Assembly: GCF_009914755.1 (NCBI RefSeq)
Contig: NC_060934.1
Reading direction: 5' to 3' (one strand)
DNA length: 64,000 nucleotides
Source: the human T2T-CHM13v2.0 reference genome, Homo sapiens
Position numbers and translations under genes: made by a program. Shown here piece after piece: positions 1 through 16,259 of the stretch. Under the pieces are notes generated by a model. It searched no databases. It was not told the DNA's origin and saw nothing but the letters and a program-made list of their open reading frames with translations. Position 1 is the first letter of the stretch; each line of letters opens with the position of its first letter.

Positions 1-1128
1 TGTTCAAGTAACCCTTTATCTCACTTAATAATGGCCCCAGAATACGAGAGCAAAGATCATAATGCTGGCTATTCACATATGCTAAGGAAAAGCCATAAAG
101 TGCTTCCTGTAAGTGAAAAGGTGAAAGTTCTCAACTTAATACGAAAAGAAAAAAATGATATGCTGAGGTTGCTGAGATCTGAAGTAAGACTTGTTATCTG
201 AGAGACCAAAATAGATGCCCCTTTGTTAGCTAAGACAGACCTTAAAGTTAAGGAAATAAAGTTACCTATGGGTTGAGTTGCCTACCGATTCAGGGCCTGG
301 CTAGCATGGCAAATTTCTAATTTCCTCCACCTCTAAATGTCCTAACAATAGGAGCTATCAGATCCTTCCTAACTCTGATTTATAACCCAGGCCTAATTAC
401 AACTCTAATTGGATGGAGGGGCACCAAACATTCTTTTCTGATAAGAAATTACAGACTTTAAGCCAGTTTCAGTCAGTTTATAGAGGCTGTGCACAAACTT
501 TGTGTTCTATCATTCACCTTTTGATGTAAAGAGCCAAATTTCACCTTGTGTTAATGCTAAACCCTCCCCCCAACCAAAGTGAACATGGGAGGTATGTTAC
601 TTATATGTTTACTCATTGCACATGCTCAGCTCCCCTCATAAACGTGTATGGCTTTTCCCTCAAACCCGCCAAATACGTATGACTCTATTGTGTGATACAG
701 GCCCTGCGAGGTATAAAACCCAACCTGTTCTTCCCTCTTCAAAGGGAGAGCACCTCTGGTCCACACTGGAGAGTATCTCTTTGTGGTTTGCAAACCAATA
801 TTCCCAAAAAAGCTCTCCTTTCTACTATTTAGCCATCCTCATGGTCTTTGGATTATACAACAAACCTATCCATGAAGATAGGAAGGAAGAGAAGAAGGAA
901 AAAAAGAAATTCATGCTAGTTTTGCTGTTGCACTTCAAACAGCAAAAGCTGTGGCCACAGTGTGTGACAAGTGCTTAGTTAAGATGGAAAAAGCGTTAGA
1001 TATATGGGCAGAAAACATGAATAAAAATGTATTCTAACTGATGGCAATCAAGTTCAATACTATCCTTGGGTTCAGGCATCTGCTGGGGGTGTTGGACCAT
1101 ATCCCCTATGGATGAGGAAGGCTACTAT
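1..1128 (+). mobile_element. Tigger7/MER44-like DNA transposon fragment (1-198 and 867-1128), split by an LTR
   Basis: AATAATGGCCCC...AAGGTGAAAGTTCTC and a terminal GGATGAGGAAGGCTACTA resemble MER44; sequence is continuous across the insert. Confidence 0.7.
199..866 (+). mobile_element. ERV1-class solo LTR (MER72-like)
   Basis: Starts TGAGAGACC; TATAAAA at ~712; TATC duplicated at 195-198 and 867-870. Confidence 0.65.
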
Positions 1129-2789
1129 ATTTACATTTCCTGTGGTGCAAGCAGAACCCATAAAGATTAGCAGAGCTTGAGCCTTCTCATAGGTACCCTG
1201 GAGGCATTTGCCTTCTGGGTTAGAGGACCCCAGCATGGAAGGGGCTTAGGGTGGTTGGTGGTCAGAAAACGTTATGCTGGAAGAAATCATCTCGCCTTGG
1301 ATACAGAATCCTTCATTCAGAACAAAGACTACATTTCCCATCCCCCCTTGCACGTAGGTGTGCAAGTTATGGCCAATGAGATGTGCAGCATTTGTGCAAT
1401 TAAGAGATCCTGCAGGATCTCCTTCCCTAGAGAGGTTTTTGTTTTCCCTCTTTGGCCTCTCCTCCTTCCTTAATCCTAGAGGACGCGGAAGCGGCAGAGT
1501 GGGAAGGAATTAGATAGTAGACCATGTCCCCTTCCATGCAGATCCCTTGGTCATACCCAAGTTAAGGAAGAAGGAGAGAGCATTGAATTGGATGTGAAAT
1601 TCAAGTTTCTCACCGGACTAGGCTAGATTTTTAATACCTGACTGTGACTAAGAAGCTTTGAGATCTGTCCAAGATGTCATTAAAGAACAGAAAATAGGTA
1701 CTTAATGGATATTGGTTCAATGACACTGAGCTATTAAGTACATCCAGATTTTTCCATGTTCCATTTTCTTAAAATGCAGGTACACTTGTATGTTGTAAAG
1801 AATATCTATAGGTTGGGGAGAAAACAGCAGAATTAAGACAACATTTACCAAAAAAAGACACCAGTAGTCAAAAATGCATCATTCTAAACTTCAGTATCCT
1901 ATAGCATGCAGGAGCCTATCCTACTCTAGGGGGAGGTCCTACTCCAGGCTTCCAGTGTGTCTTCTTTATCATTGAATACACAGAATAATGATGTCAATCG
2001 ATAACAGAATCAATCATTTTATAGAAAAATTATTTTCTTTTTTGCCTCTCCCCCCAAATTATTTTCTTAATCTTTTCATCAAGCAAGCTTCTATCCTCAA
2101 AGTTTCCTCTACATTTTAAAATGTTTGAAACGTAATTTCTGACCATATGTCCAGCAAAATGGAAGGCTGGAAGTGGAGTTACAACCTTCTAAGCATTAAT
2201 ACAGTAGGAAACAGCTTTATTCCATATGATTTGAATCTTAAAGTTTAAACATAAAGGATGGGTTAAACAATGGCTCATTTTGTGATAGATGCTGACACCT
2301 ACTGGGCAGATTTTATATTAAATGTTCGATATGTTTTGGCCCCCAAAAAGAAATGAAATGTTCCTGGTTCTTGAAAGGTAAAATCTTGGGTTTGGAAGGG
2401 CAAGGGCATGAGGGCATCCTGGCCCCAGGATGGTGGGAGCATAGCCACTGGGAAATGAAGACTCAAGGATGATAAAAAGGACTCAGGAAAAGAATCATGG
2501 GGTAAGTTCTGGAATGCCATCAGATAGTTGGCTCCAGAATTCCAGCCTTGCCAACCTAAAGTCCTTCCTCTCCTGGAGTTTCTCATCTGCTTCTAAGATT
2601 TTTTTCTAGGTGTAGAGCTCTATTTTCAGACTGAACTTTGCGGAAGAACTACCCTCCAAGTCAACTCAAATAAATGTGCCCCTGCATCATTTTCTGGGCA
2701 TTCCTGTGACACCTGGTCATCATCAATATTATTGCTGACATTTTTTGAGTACCTACTTTGTACTTCTGCACTAAGTCTTTATATTATAA

Positions 2790-3060
2790 GTGGTCAGACC
2801 TTGGAGTCAGGCTACCTGAGTGCAAACACTGGCTCTGCCATATGTTAATACAAGTTCTATGACTTTGGTCAAATGATAATCTCCTTATCTCTAAAATGGA
2901 GATAATGATAATGTCTACCACACAGAGGTCTTGTGAGATTTTAAAGTGTTCACATACATAAATTACTCAAAACAGTGCCTGGTATATCATAAGTGCCATA
3001 CAAATGTTGGTATTGTTACCTTATTTAATCTTTACAATAAAACTGAAGTAAACACTGTTA
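2790..3060. mobile_element. MIR SINE fragment(s)
   Basis: GGAGTCAGGCTACCTGAGTGCAAACACTGGCTCTGCCA...CTCTAAAATGGAGATAAT MIR core. Confidence 0.65.
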
Positions 3061-4384
3061 TTTTGTAAAATTAGAAAACAGTCTTGGTATATGAGTTGGA
3101 AATGTTTTCAGCTTTAAATAACAGAAAACCTAACTAATGGTGGCTTACATTATATTCTCTCTGTCTCTCTCTCTCTCTTCCCCCTTCCCCCGTCTCCTAT
3201 AACAAGCCTAACGAGCAGTCCAGAGGTAGGTGGCTGCTGGCACTGGCTCATGGCTCAGTGATGCCAGGGCCAGTGTCTCAGATATTTTCAAGGTCTTTCC
3301 CTCATGGTCATAAGAGGATTATCCCAATTCCAGGGATCATATCTGTTCATCTGCCCTTCTATTAGAAAAGTAAAAGCATTCCCAGAAACTGTCCCATTAA
3401 CTTCTACTTATGTTCTATTGGCAAGAAATGTGTCACTTGGCCACTCGTGACTACAAAGGGGCATGGGAAAGTGGGTATTTAACCTTTCCAGACTCTAAAG
3501 TAGAAGGCAGTAAGGGGGAAGGGAATGGGAATGACCATTGGGTCAGCCAGAGATTGGCACCTGCCACACTAAAGAGAAGATAAATCATTTGCTTAGGTCA
3601 GATAGCTACAAAGAGATGGTGCAGCATTCAAGCCCAGGTAGCCTGGCTTCTGGCCTCCTGATAGTTTGGATATTTATGCCTTCTTCCAAATCTCATGTTG
3701 AAATGTGATGCCTGATGGAGGTGGGGCCTAGAGGGAGGTGTTTGGGACATGGGGGCGGATCCCTCATGAATGGCTTGGTGCCCTCCCCATGGTAACAAGT
3801 TCACAAGAGATCTGGTTGTTTAAAAGAGCCTGGCACCTACCCCCTCTCTCTCTCTTGCTCCCTCTCTTCCCATGTAACATGCTGGCTCTCCTTCCCTTCT
3901 GCCATGATTGTAAGCTTCCTGAGAACTCATTGGAAGCAGATGCCAGCACCATGCTTCATGTACAGCCTGCAGAACCGCGAGCCAAATAAACTTCTTTTCT
4001 TTATCAATTATCCAGCCTCAGGTACTTCTTTCTAGCAATGCAAAATGGACTAACACAGAAAATTGGTACTGAGAAGTAGGGTGTTGCTATAAAGATATTT
4101 GAAAATGTGGAAGCAGGCTTCGGGACTGGGTAAAGGGCAGAAGTTGGAAGAGTTTAGAGGGCTCAGAAGAAGACAGTGAGATGAGGGAAAGTTTGGGACT
4201 TCTCAGAGACTGGTTAAATGGTTGTGACCAAAATGGTGATAGAAATATGGACAGTGAAGGCCAGGCTCAGATGGAAATGAGGGAGTTATTGAGAACAGGA
4301 ATAAAGGTCACCCATGTTATGCCTTAGCAAAAAACTTGGCTACATTATGTCCAGGCTGTAGAGATCTGTAGAAGTTTGAACTGA

Positions 4385-4738
<354 letters not shown>

Positions 4739-5178
4739 TAAGCAGCAAGACGTTCAAGAGGTGATCTGGCTGCTTCTAACAACCTATGATCAGGTACTGG
4801 AAATTTACAATTTAAAAAGGAGCAGAGCACAAAAATTTAGAAAAGACACAACTTGGCCATGTGGTAAAGAAGGAAAAAGCATTTTCAGGAGAGAAATACG
4901 AGAGGACTGTGGAGCAACCACTTGCTGGAGAGATTAGCATGGCTAAACAGGAGCCAAGAGCTAATAGCCAAGACAGTGGGGAAAAGGCCTTGAATACATT
5001 TCAGAAGTCTTTGGGACAGCCCCTCCTATCACAGGCTGAGAGGCCTAGGAGGAAAGAATGGTTTCAGGGGCCAGGCCCTGGGCACAATTACCCTGCACCA
5101 ACTCGGAAGGCTGCTTTCCCCAACCCTGCTGCTTCAGCTCCAGCTGTCATTCAGTTACAAATCAGGCTGCTGCTTTGA

Positions 5179-5347
5179 GGCTGGGCACAGTGGCTCACAC
5201 CTGTAATCTCAGTACTTTGCAAGTGATCCAAAGCAGGTGGATCACTTGAGTCCAGGAGTTCAAGACCAGCCTGGGCAATATGGTGAAACACTGTCTCTAC
5301 CAAAAAAATAAAATAAAATAAAAAAATAAACAACAACAACAAAACAA
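5179..5347 (+). mobile_element. Alu left monomer (FLAM-like) inside the MST internal region
   Basis: GGCTGGGCACAGTGGCTCAC...TCTCTAC followed directly by an A-rich tail. Confidence 0.8.
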
Positions 5348-6563
5348 TGAATAGGCTGCCACTTTGGAGAGCATAAGCTCTAAACCTTGGCAGCTTCCAC
5401 ATGGTGTTAATCCTGCAGGTGCACAGAATACAAGCATGAGGGAGGCTTCGTGACTTCCACCTAGATTTCACAGGATATATCAGAAAGTCTGGGTGTCCAG
5501 AGAGAAGTCTCTGCAGACAGCCTCTACTAGGGCAATGTCATGGGAGAAATGTGCAGTTGGAGCCCCCACACAGAGTTCCCACCAGGGCACTGCCTAGTGG
5601 AACTGTGGGGAAGGACCTGCCATCATTCAGATCCCCAAATTGTAGAACCACTAGTGGCTTACAACCATAGTGTGGAAAAGCCACAGGCACCAGACTCCAA
5701 TCCATGAGAGCAACCACACAGGATGCACCCAGAGAGGCCACAGGGATGGGGCTATCCAAGGCCTTGGAAACCCACCCCTTGTACCATTGTACTCAGGATG
5801 CAGGACATGGGGTAAAGGGAGATTATTTTGGAGCTCTGAGGTTTAATATCTGCCCTGCTGAGTTTCAGACTTGTGTGGGGCCTATTGTCCCTTTCTTTGG
5901 GTGATTTCTTCATTTTGGAATGGGAATGTCTACCCAACGCCTGTACCATTATTGTATCTGGAAGAAAATAACTTGGTTTGATTTTATAGGCTCATAGGTG
6001 GAAGGAACTTGCCTTGAGTCTCAGATGAGACTTTGGACTTGAGATTTGGACTTTTAAGTTAATGCTGGAATGAGTTAAAACTTTGGGGTACTGTTGGGAA
6101 GGAATGATTTTATTTTGCAATGTGCGGAGGACATGAGATTTGGGAGTCCACGGGAGGAATGGTGTAGTTTGAATGTTTGTCCCCTCCAAATCTCTTATCA
6201 AATTGTGATCCCCAGTGTTGGAGGTGGGGCCTGGTGGAAGGTGTTTGGGTCATGAAATTGGATCCTTCATGAATGGCTTGGTGCCCTCTCCATGATAATG
6301 AGTTTACATGAGATCTGGTTATTTACAAGAGCCTGGAATCTCCCCCTGTCTCTCTTGCTCCTTCTCTTGCCATGTGACACATTGGCTCCCCTTCCTGGAA
6401 CATAATTGTAAGGTTCCTGAGGACTTACCAGAAGCAGATGCTGGCACCATGCCTCATGTATAGCCTGCAGAACCATGAGCTAAATAAACTTATTTTCCTT
6501 GTAAATTACCCAGCCCTAGGTACTTCTTTATAGCAATGCAAAATGGACTAACATACCTCCTAA

Positions 6564-6866
<303 letters not shown>

Positions 6867-8051
6867 ATACCATATTAATTCTGTGCTGGATAGTCTCCAT
6901 TTGCCCCTCCATATCCCTTCTTCCCATTCTTTATCCTGATGTGGGTTCCGGAAGCCTGTTCTCTAAGAACATCAGTACACAGGCCTACATGTCCTCTGGT
7001 TTACCATTTGGTTCAGTCAGTGGTTATGGAGGATGGGAGGCTCTGGTTTAGCAGAAGTTCTGCTCCTCTACTGAAGGCATATCAAGCAGTCCTTCTCCTA
7101 CTGATATCCATTAATGTCATCCTCCCCCTTATCCCTTCAGGCCTGGGATAGTAATGCCTCTCTACTATTGATGATGCCTGGAGGTGTCACCATGCCTTGC
7201 AGATTCTCTTAACCCAGACGTGATAGATTAATACATCATCTGTTATCTGCCAGAACTCTAACTGATACTAACACCTTACAATTACATGGTGCCCTATAAA
7301 TATGCTTTTATGTGTATTCTTTTTAGGAGGTATTATTTCATTGAGATTTCAACCCACAATCTAGCCTCATACATTTTTCTGGTATCACAGGTTCTCATAA
7401 TGGCATGCTTTATCAGCATATGCACAGCAACTTTGCTTTAGAATGATGAAATCTTGGATCCATAAGACATACAGGATAGTGGATTATGGTTACATGTCTT
7501 CCTTCACTAGTTTAGTCTATAAAGTCTGATTTACATAGTTGCAGCTTGTATCTCCCCAAGACTGTCCTGCTTTATCTGCAACCTGGTTCTTGGTCAGGTC
7601 TTTCTAACTAGAACTCCAGTCTTGTCCCTTTATCTTGCATCATTTGCTCCTCAGAAAACTGCCCCAGTGAAACTCTTATAAGCCTCTCTTTCTTCCTCTA
7701 TCTGGGCAAAATTCCCCTAGCATCTCCCATTCTTAACTATTTCATATCCTTTTTCCTCTTTTCTTCCTTTTTAGTCCATACCTCTCCTTTTCCTGCTTTC
7801 CTGGCTTGCACCTGGAATATGGTGCCACCATAACCTATTACACTTTCCCAGATCTAATATCTGATTGCCTGTCAATCACTTGCAGACCATCATGGCATGT
7901 GAAAGAGAAAGTAGATTCATTTTATTTTATTTTGTTTTATTCTAGGAGTATTAGCATTTTAATAGAGCGTGTCTTAGATAAAGTAATTGTTACTGAACCC
8001 CAAAATAGCATCACATGGCTAGGAGACTGTTCTGCTCATTCATAAAAGCCA

Positions 8052-8298
8052 TTTGTTTTTTGTGGTAAAATATACATAACATAAAATTTACCACTTTAAC
8101 CATTCTAAAATTACAGTTCTTTCGCGTAAAGTACGTTCACATTGTTGTGCGATCATCACTACCTTTCATCTCCAGAACTTTTTTATCTTCCTCACCTGGA
8201 CCTCTGTACCCATTAAGCACTAAGTTCCCATTTCCTGCTCCCCTGCCCCAGTGCCTGGCAACTACCTATTCTACTTTCTGTCTCTATGATTTTGACTG
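8052..8298 (-). mobile_element. L1MB-like 3' end fragment
   Basis: TGTGGTAAAATATACATAACATAAAATTTACC...TTCTACTTTCTGTCTCTATG. Confidence 0.75.
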
Positions 8299-8881
8299 AA
8301 AATAGCCTTATTTTGCGCTGTTCAGAAGAACAAGTTCAGGATTCCTCTGTGTTGAGCTGCAAGGGTTACACAGTGTCCTGTGTATCTAGGGGGACCCGCT
8401 CATTCATGTGTGGACCCATTGCTGGCAGGCAGTGATCTGCCTGCCTGTAGCAGTCCTGGTGATGAGCCTAAATGACCATGTGTCATGCCAAAGAAGAGAG
8501 GGCGACTGAAAGAGAAGGCATTCCCCCCTCTACCCCGTAAACTCCCTTCAGACTCATTAATTCTTTGATCCTATAAAAAGGAAACTTGGACTGAGGAATA
8601 CTAAATGTGTTAATAGAAAACCCACCTTGCTGAAGCAAATGTAGCCAGTATGTCCAGACATGAATTACTGGCAGTTAAAACCAGGTTTGTACATAATAAT
8701 ATTGATGAAATCTAGCCTTTTCACTAAGGCAATGGCCCAGAAAGCAGGAATGGTCCATGTAGAAGTGGAGAAGGTAGGCAGTGTTCTCTATGGCAAAAGT
8801 CACAAATGGGAAGCCTGCAGGACAGACTCAGCTCAGAGTTGTCTTGTTTAGCCTGCACAATGTATTTTTAAATGTGATTCA

Positions 8882-9178
<297 letters not shown>

Positions 9179-9402
9179 TGTGATTCATTGGCAGATTTAA
9201 AAAATTTGATTTCCAGTTTCACTTGAAAAATCTGGCTACGCAGCCCTGGAGTCCTGCCTGGAAACAAAATAAGGCTCCCAGTCCTTGCTTCATTCATAAA
9301 GCTGGAACTACCACTGCCAACATCTCCCAGGCTCACATCCTCCCCACTCTGACACCAGAGGTGACAGAACTTGCTTGCTTAGTTCCACTTGGAAAAGTCC
9401 CT

Positions 9403-9520
9403 GGCCAGGTGCAGTGGCTCATGCCTGTACTCCCAGCACTTGGGGAGGCTGAGGCGGGAGGATCACTTGAGCCCAGGAGTTCAAGACCAGCCTGGGCAAC
9501 ATAGTGAGACCCATCTCTCA
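9403..9520 (+). mobile_element. FLAM/Alu monomer
   Basis: Left-arm Alu sequence only. Confidence 0.8.
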
Positions 9521-10549
9521 TTTTTGAAAATATATATTTTAAATAAATACATAGATAAGAAAAGTCCCAAGGAGTATTCTGAATGATCAGTCAGTGTCCC
9601 ACATCTACTGTAGTTGGTGTAGAATGGGCAGGGTACTCTGATTAGCAGCTCCTACTAAAATTACAGGGTTGGCAGGTAGAGCAGTCCCTCAAAACAAAGG
9701 GATACATTTTCAAAAAGGAATGGGAACACATGCTGGATAAATAAACCATCCAATGACCACCACAGGGGATAGACTGATAGTGTTTTGTTTATCTGTTTTG
9801 ACATTTTAAATTTAGGTAAATAGCATAAACCTGAGATTACAGAAACACATAATTTCAGAGTTCCATAAAAGTCAACTAACCCACATCCTATCTAATGTAT
9901 TAATCATGTGTTTTTTTTTGTTGTTGTTTGTTTTTTTGCAGTATTCCCAACAAGGATCTTCCAGCAGGCATTTAAACTACTTACTTCCTCCTTAAGCATT
10001 CTATTCCATTGTAAAATAGTCCTAGTTGCTACACAGTTGTTCCTCATAGTCAGGTAAACTCTGCCACCTTGTAGCTTCCACCAGTCAATGGCAGCTCCCA
10101 CCTTGGATGTGTCCATAATCAATCCCTTCCATTTTGCAGGTGACAGCTCATCAAATGTTTGAAGAGAGCTCTCATGTTCCTGAGTGAGTCTTTTCTTTTC
10201 AGGCTAAATCTCAATCTACTCCAACTATTTCTCATGTGGCAAGGGGTTTACATCCCTTTGGACCTATCCAGTGAAATCTTTCAACATTCAACAATTATTT
10301 CTTGTGAACTTTCTTCATACCAATTAGTAAACTAGATATTGGGAAGGAGATGGTGAGAAAAATAGGTTACATTTCTGCTTAATGGAGCATATAGCCCTGT
10401 AGATGAGGTAGATAATTATATGAATACTACACCCACAAAGAAGTAATAGGTGTTACAAAGGAAAACTACAGGGTTATATGTTTCTCTCAAATTTAATTGC
10501 CAGAATCAAATAAAATGCTTCATGTGTGGTCTTGTCAGTAGGAACACTG

Positions 10550-11103
10550 GGTAGTTTAACTATGTCCACAAATTCTTTGACCCTGCCTTCAAAAGATGGA
10601 GTCCTTCCCTCAAGTAGGGACTAGACTTCTGACTTGCTTCTAACAAATACAAAAAAAGCATTAAGTGACAGAATGTAACTTCAGAGACTGGGTCATAAAA
10701 GGCACTGCTGTTTCCTGCTTGCTCTCTCTTGGCTCTGGGGGAAGCCAGCTTCCTTGTCATGAGGAAGCTCAAAAAGCCCTACGGAGAGGACATATTTGGT
10801 GAGGAACTGAGCCTCCAGCCAACAGACAGTGAGAAACTGAAACTCCCTGCAGACAGTCACATGAGTGAGCTTGGAAGTGGATCCTCCAGCCCCAGTCAAG
10901 CCCTCAAATGACAGAATCCCTGGCTGAAAGTTTTGTTGCAGCCTCATGAGAGATCTTGAACCAAAATCCTCCCCAACCCCCTGCCACCCACAAGAAGCCA
11001 CTCTCAAATTCCTGACCCACAGAAACTGTGAGATGATAAATATTTGGTTCAAGCTGCTAAGTTTTGAGCATAATTTGTTATGTGGCTATAGGTAATTAAT
11101 ATA
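10550..11103 (+). mobile_element. MLT1F-like MaLR LTR
   Basis: GAGGAACTGAGCCTCCAGCCAACA...AATTCCTGACCCACAGAAACTGTGAGAT...AAGCTGCTAAGTTTTG. Confidence 0.75.
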
Positions 11104-12452
11104 GTAAACAGAGTATAACAATTAAATGTCATCCTTAATTAATGCAATTCAAGCTCACATTGACTATTTTGGCTGCCATGTTACCCCAATGATTCATGTT
11201 GATTTTATAATCAAGTAATACTTCTCAATCTTTTTCTCTCATGTTCCGCCAAGATTTAGCCTATTGTTCCAGCTTATCAAAATCCTTTGGGAGTTTAATT
11301 CTCTTTCAAGGTAATTAGTTATCCCTATTGCTTTGTGCTGCTTCATGGAAGCAGCAATGACATAAAAATGCAAGGAATTGGGTAGTATTCTCAGATCTGC
11401 AGCGAATGAGTTGAGTGACAATGAACAATTCTCTTAATTTCCTTCAGCTTCCGTTTCTTAATGTGCAAACTGAGTATAACAATGCTGATTTCATGAGGCT
11501 CTGAGAGCAGACTAACCTGACACCAATTCCTCTCCCCAGGACTTTCCAGGTGAAAGGGACACTTTCCACCTGCACAGCATCTACTCATTCCCCCCTTCCT
11601 CTAGTAACTGTCCTATTTTCCTTTGGGGAACCACCCCTCCTACACTCACAGTCCATACGGTTAAGCAAGTTTGGATCCACCTTCCCAGCCCCAGGAATGG
11701 TGTTTACTTATGATGCAAGGGAAAACTCAATCATAAGTGCCTTAAACTGTCAAGATACTTATTGTTTGGGTGTAGGAGATTTCTGCATTTGACCAGTGGT
11801 TGAATGATACCAGACTCTAGGTCTGCATATCTGAGATTCTCATGGTCTTCTCCTCATTGTCATACTACAGTCTTTTCATTCTCACACATTAGTATCAAAG
11901 CAGGAAGTTGCTGGTGGGAGAAGAGGTATATGTATAAGGAGACTAGTTTTTTTTTTTTTTTAACTAGGGAAGAAAAATCTTCCCTGAAAGTCCAGAAAAA
12001 TCACATCTCCTTTCACCTCATTGGCCAGACTCAGTCACATGGAGCTGGGAGAGAAACTGAGAAACTGAAAATTTGGTTTCAGGCTTTCAATCAAAGGAGA
12101 AGAGAGCCAGGAAACACTGTTGGGTAGGTAGATAATTAATAGAACATACCATAGATGAAGATATGGCCCAGACTACCTAGTTAGCATATTCTATCCTCCA
12201 AGTCATAGCATGGGTGCATAGGTGGACACATAATCCCACATGGCTCCTTGAACATCAGAAATATGATAGCCACCTTGCCACCATTAGCAAGAAGCCTGTC
12301 TGAGAATGATGTCTCCACAGGAAGCAGGAGTGGAAGGCAAAGAGTAGCATATTCTTGCTGATCTCACTTGAGTGCCTTGTCATTGACATGCCCGCACCAG
12401 CTATACTTCTTGGACCTGCTGGTAATGTGAATCAGTAAAATCCTTAGTCCAA

Positions 12453-12940
12453 TGTGGTTAGATTACCACTTTAGTGACCTCCAATGAACCAGGCCTCCTG
12501 GTATTCATACCTTGTGTAGCCTTCTGTCCTTGAATCTGGGCTGACCCCTTGCCTCTCTTTAAACAATAAATTGTGATAAAGATGACGGCGTGCAAGTTCT
12601 GGGCATCAGCCTTCAGATTTCAGCTATGGCACACTTGGAAACCAACCACTGCAGAAGTGCAACTACCCTGAGACTATCATGCTATGAGAACAAGCTAACT
12701 ATGTAGAAAGGCCTTGTGAAGGACCAAGGACCCCAGCTGACAGCAAGAACTGAGACTCCCAGCACAACCCCACCAGCCACATGAGTGAGCCCCCCTGGAA
12801 GTGAGACTTCCAGCCATAGTTGACAAGCTTTCCCCACTGAACCCTGCCCAAATTGCAAATAAACAAAATGCTAAGTTATGGAGTGGTATATTCCAAAATG
12901 CTAAGTTATGGAGTGGTATATAGCAATAGATAGTTAAAAT
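12453..12940 (+). mobile_element. MLT1-family MaLR LTR
   Basis: TGTGGTTAGATT start; CCCTGCCCAAATTGCA and TAGCAATAGATA near the end. Confidence 0.65.
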
Positions 12941-14088
12941 ACTCAGTTTGAGTAGGATTCCAGTGTCATTTGCTGCTGAGAGGGTTTTAACGGAAACACC
13001 ACCCATGTAGTCTTAGAGAAATTATAATATCTGCCTGCGATTCAGTTTCTTTAGCTGTACAAAAGCTGTAGTTGACATTCAGGATACATTTAATTTTCTT
13101 CCAGTCATTGGGTTGTTTTGGGATTAAATGAAAGAATGCATCGAAAAGAACTAATAATGCTAAGGATTCTGACTGACTCCCAGTGACCACTGCTTCCCTA
13201 CTTGCTCCATTGAAATCCAGTAATTGTCTTAATTGTCTCCAGCATTGCCGTGATCTTCCAGCTTCATAATTCATCAAAAAAGGAATAAAATTAATTCAGC
13301 TAGTGAATTCTTGCTGACTCCCAGTGACCACTGATTTCTCAAGTGGGTAAAAGATTCATTAAATGAAACTTCCAGACTTTTGGCATGGATAGACAAAGCC
13401 ATAGAAAGCTATGCAAAGCTTATTTTTTCATTCTTGCATTTATTTCTTTGTTTATTCCTTGTCCATCTCTTTCATACTTCCTTATCCCATCCCACCTCCC
13501 TCCTCTACCTGTTACCCCCAGACTAGATAAAGTTTTTCTGGCCTGAGCTAGTGAGTAGATTGGCTCTGCTTGGTTCTAAGAGTAAACTTCACCCTGCTTC
13601 TCTCCTGGGATGCCTAATCATAGGAGAGGGGAAGAACAGAAATCCTAGATAGGTTTGGGGTTCTAAATGCAGGTGGGATTTAAGCTGCCTCTCTCCAGAA
13701 GAGCCCAAGAAAGGCAAACAGTAGAAACTCTATTTGGGATTCTGAGCTCAGGGAAGGGACTATCGGCTAGACTGCAGACTATAAATAGCTATGGTGGCCT
13801 GGGCCTGAGACATCTTCACTGGGGGTTCCCTATACCCAGCTAAGTATAGGGACAATAGATAATCTCCCAGAACAAATACAGTCCAGACATGGTGCAGGAC
13901 AGCAAACACCTCATAGAGTTCCTGTGGGTCTGGTATGATGTGGAGCACCAAGAATCCCAGGCTCCTAAGAAGGTGCCCGGGTGAGTCAAGAGAGCCTCAG
14001 ACCCAACAGAGTGCAGTGTTCAGGAGGAGGGATTGAGATGGAACAGGGACTCCTCTTAGAGGCCTGCAGCTGCACCCCAGCCTGAGCC

Positions 14089-15055
<967 letters not shown>

Positions 15056-16259
15056 GAATGACTCAGCTGGGATTATGTGTATTAACAACTAAAGACCAGG
15101 TGGGAATGAGGACTTGCTAGGAGATGCCAGTAAACACCAATCAGGAATTCCAGCTGCCCCCCTACTACCCACCTCCACCACCATTACCAGTGCTAGATAC
15201 TAAACTCTGGTGCAACACTAGGAAACTGGGAATCCCTGGGAAAGTGGGAATCCCTGATTGACTAAGATTAAATGGCTACCACTGAAATCAGAAAGGGGGC
15301 TCATCAGAGAAATTAAGTTCATTTGTAGAAAACTACATTTTTGTATTTTGCATGCCTGAGTTTGTGCATCAAACTAAGATCTGAAAGATGTATAATAATT
15401 AGGGATCAGTCTAATGTATAAGGAGAGGAAGAGAATTCCAGACAAAGGGAGGAATTCCTGTTTTCAGAGAATTACATAGTACATCTGAATAACACCCCAT
15501 CCAAGAGGGTTGGTTGGTTTGTATGTTTTTAATGCCATCACAGGGACAATTCCTACAATCTATTGAAACCCAGTGGTTTCTGGTTGGCTAAGACAAACTC
15601 TGTACTCTATGCTGTTATTTGCCTGACTCAACCTTGCATAACATTGGGGACCATTTTAAATTACATTGTTTAGATACTGGAGTCTCTGCCTGTTCTTCAG
15701 TGAGCCTGTTCGGAGTGAATTGCTCACCTGGCAATCATGTTTGTAATAGACAACCTTGGCAATTATGAATAAGATGGAAAGAGACATCTGGCTCTATTTT
15801 AACCAATCAGAGTCTCCCTAGAAGCCAAGTTTAGTGGCTAAGCAATGGCTAGTTATTCTCAGCGTGCAGCTGGAAGTGAGGTGCACATAACTCCAGGAGC
15901 TGGGGGTTTTTCTTCCACTCAATAGATAAGTAAAGAGAGGCAGCCTGAAGAGAGTGAAAAAAGAAACAGATGGTCAGGGAGCCCTAGCATCAAGGAACCA
16001 TCTGGCCCCAGAAAGAAATAAGAGACTGAGAGGGTGGCTCAGCTCCAGACATTTCCTCACAGGCAGACCCTGTATTCCTGCCCTTGGCTTCTGGGACACA
16101 CCCTGTATGTCCTTACTTACATCCCTGTCCACCCACCCCCTTTCCTTACAATATGAATATATTCATATTCCCAAGTCCATTGTGTTTGGAAACCAGAATC
16201 ATAGATTACTACATAAAATCTTAACATTTTTGTCTACAAACCCACTGTTTTCTTCTTTT

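Larger units (their letters stand above)
9950..13400 (-). mobile_element. Dispersed CR1/L3 fragments (~9950-10270, 11110-11420, 13140-13400) interrupted by MLT1 LTRs
   Basis: Degenerate motifs such as GACAGCTCATCAAATGTTTGAAGA and AGGCTAAATC recalled from antisense L3. Confidence 0.4.
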
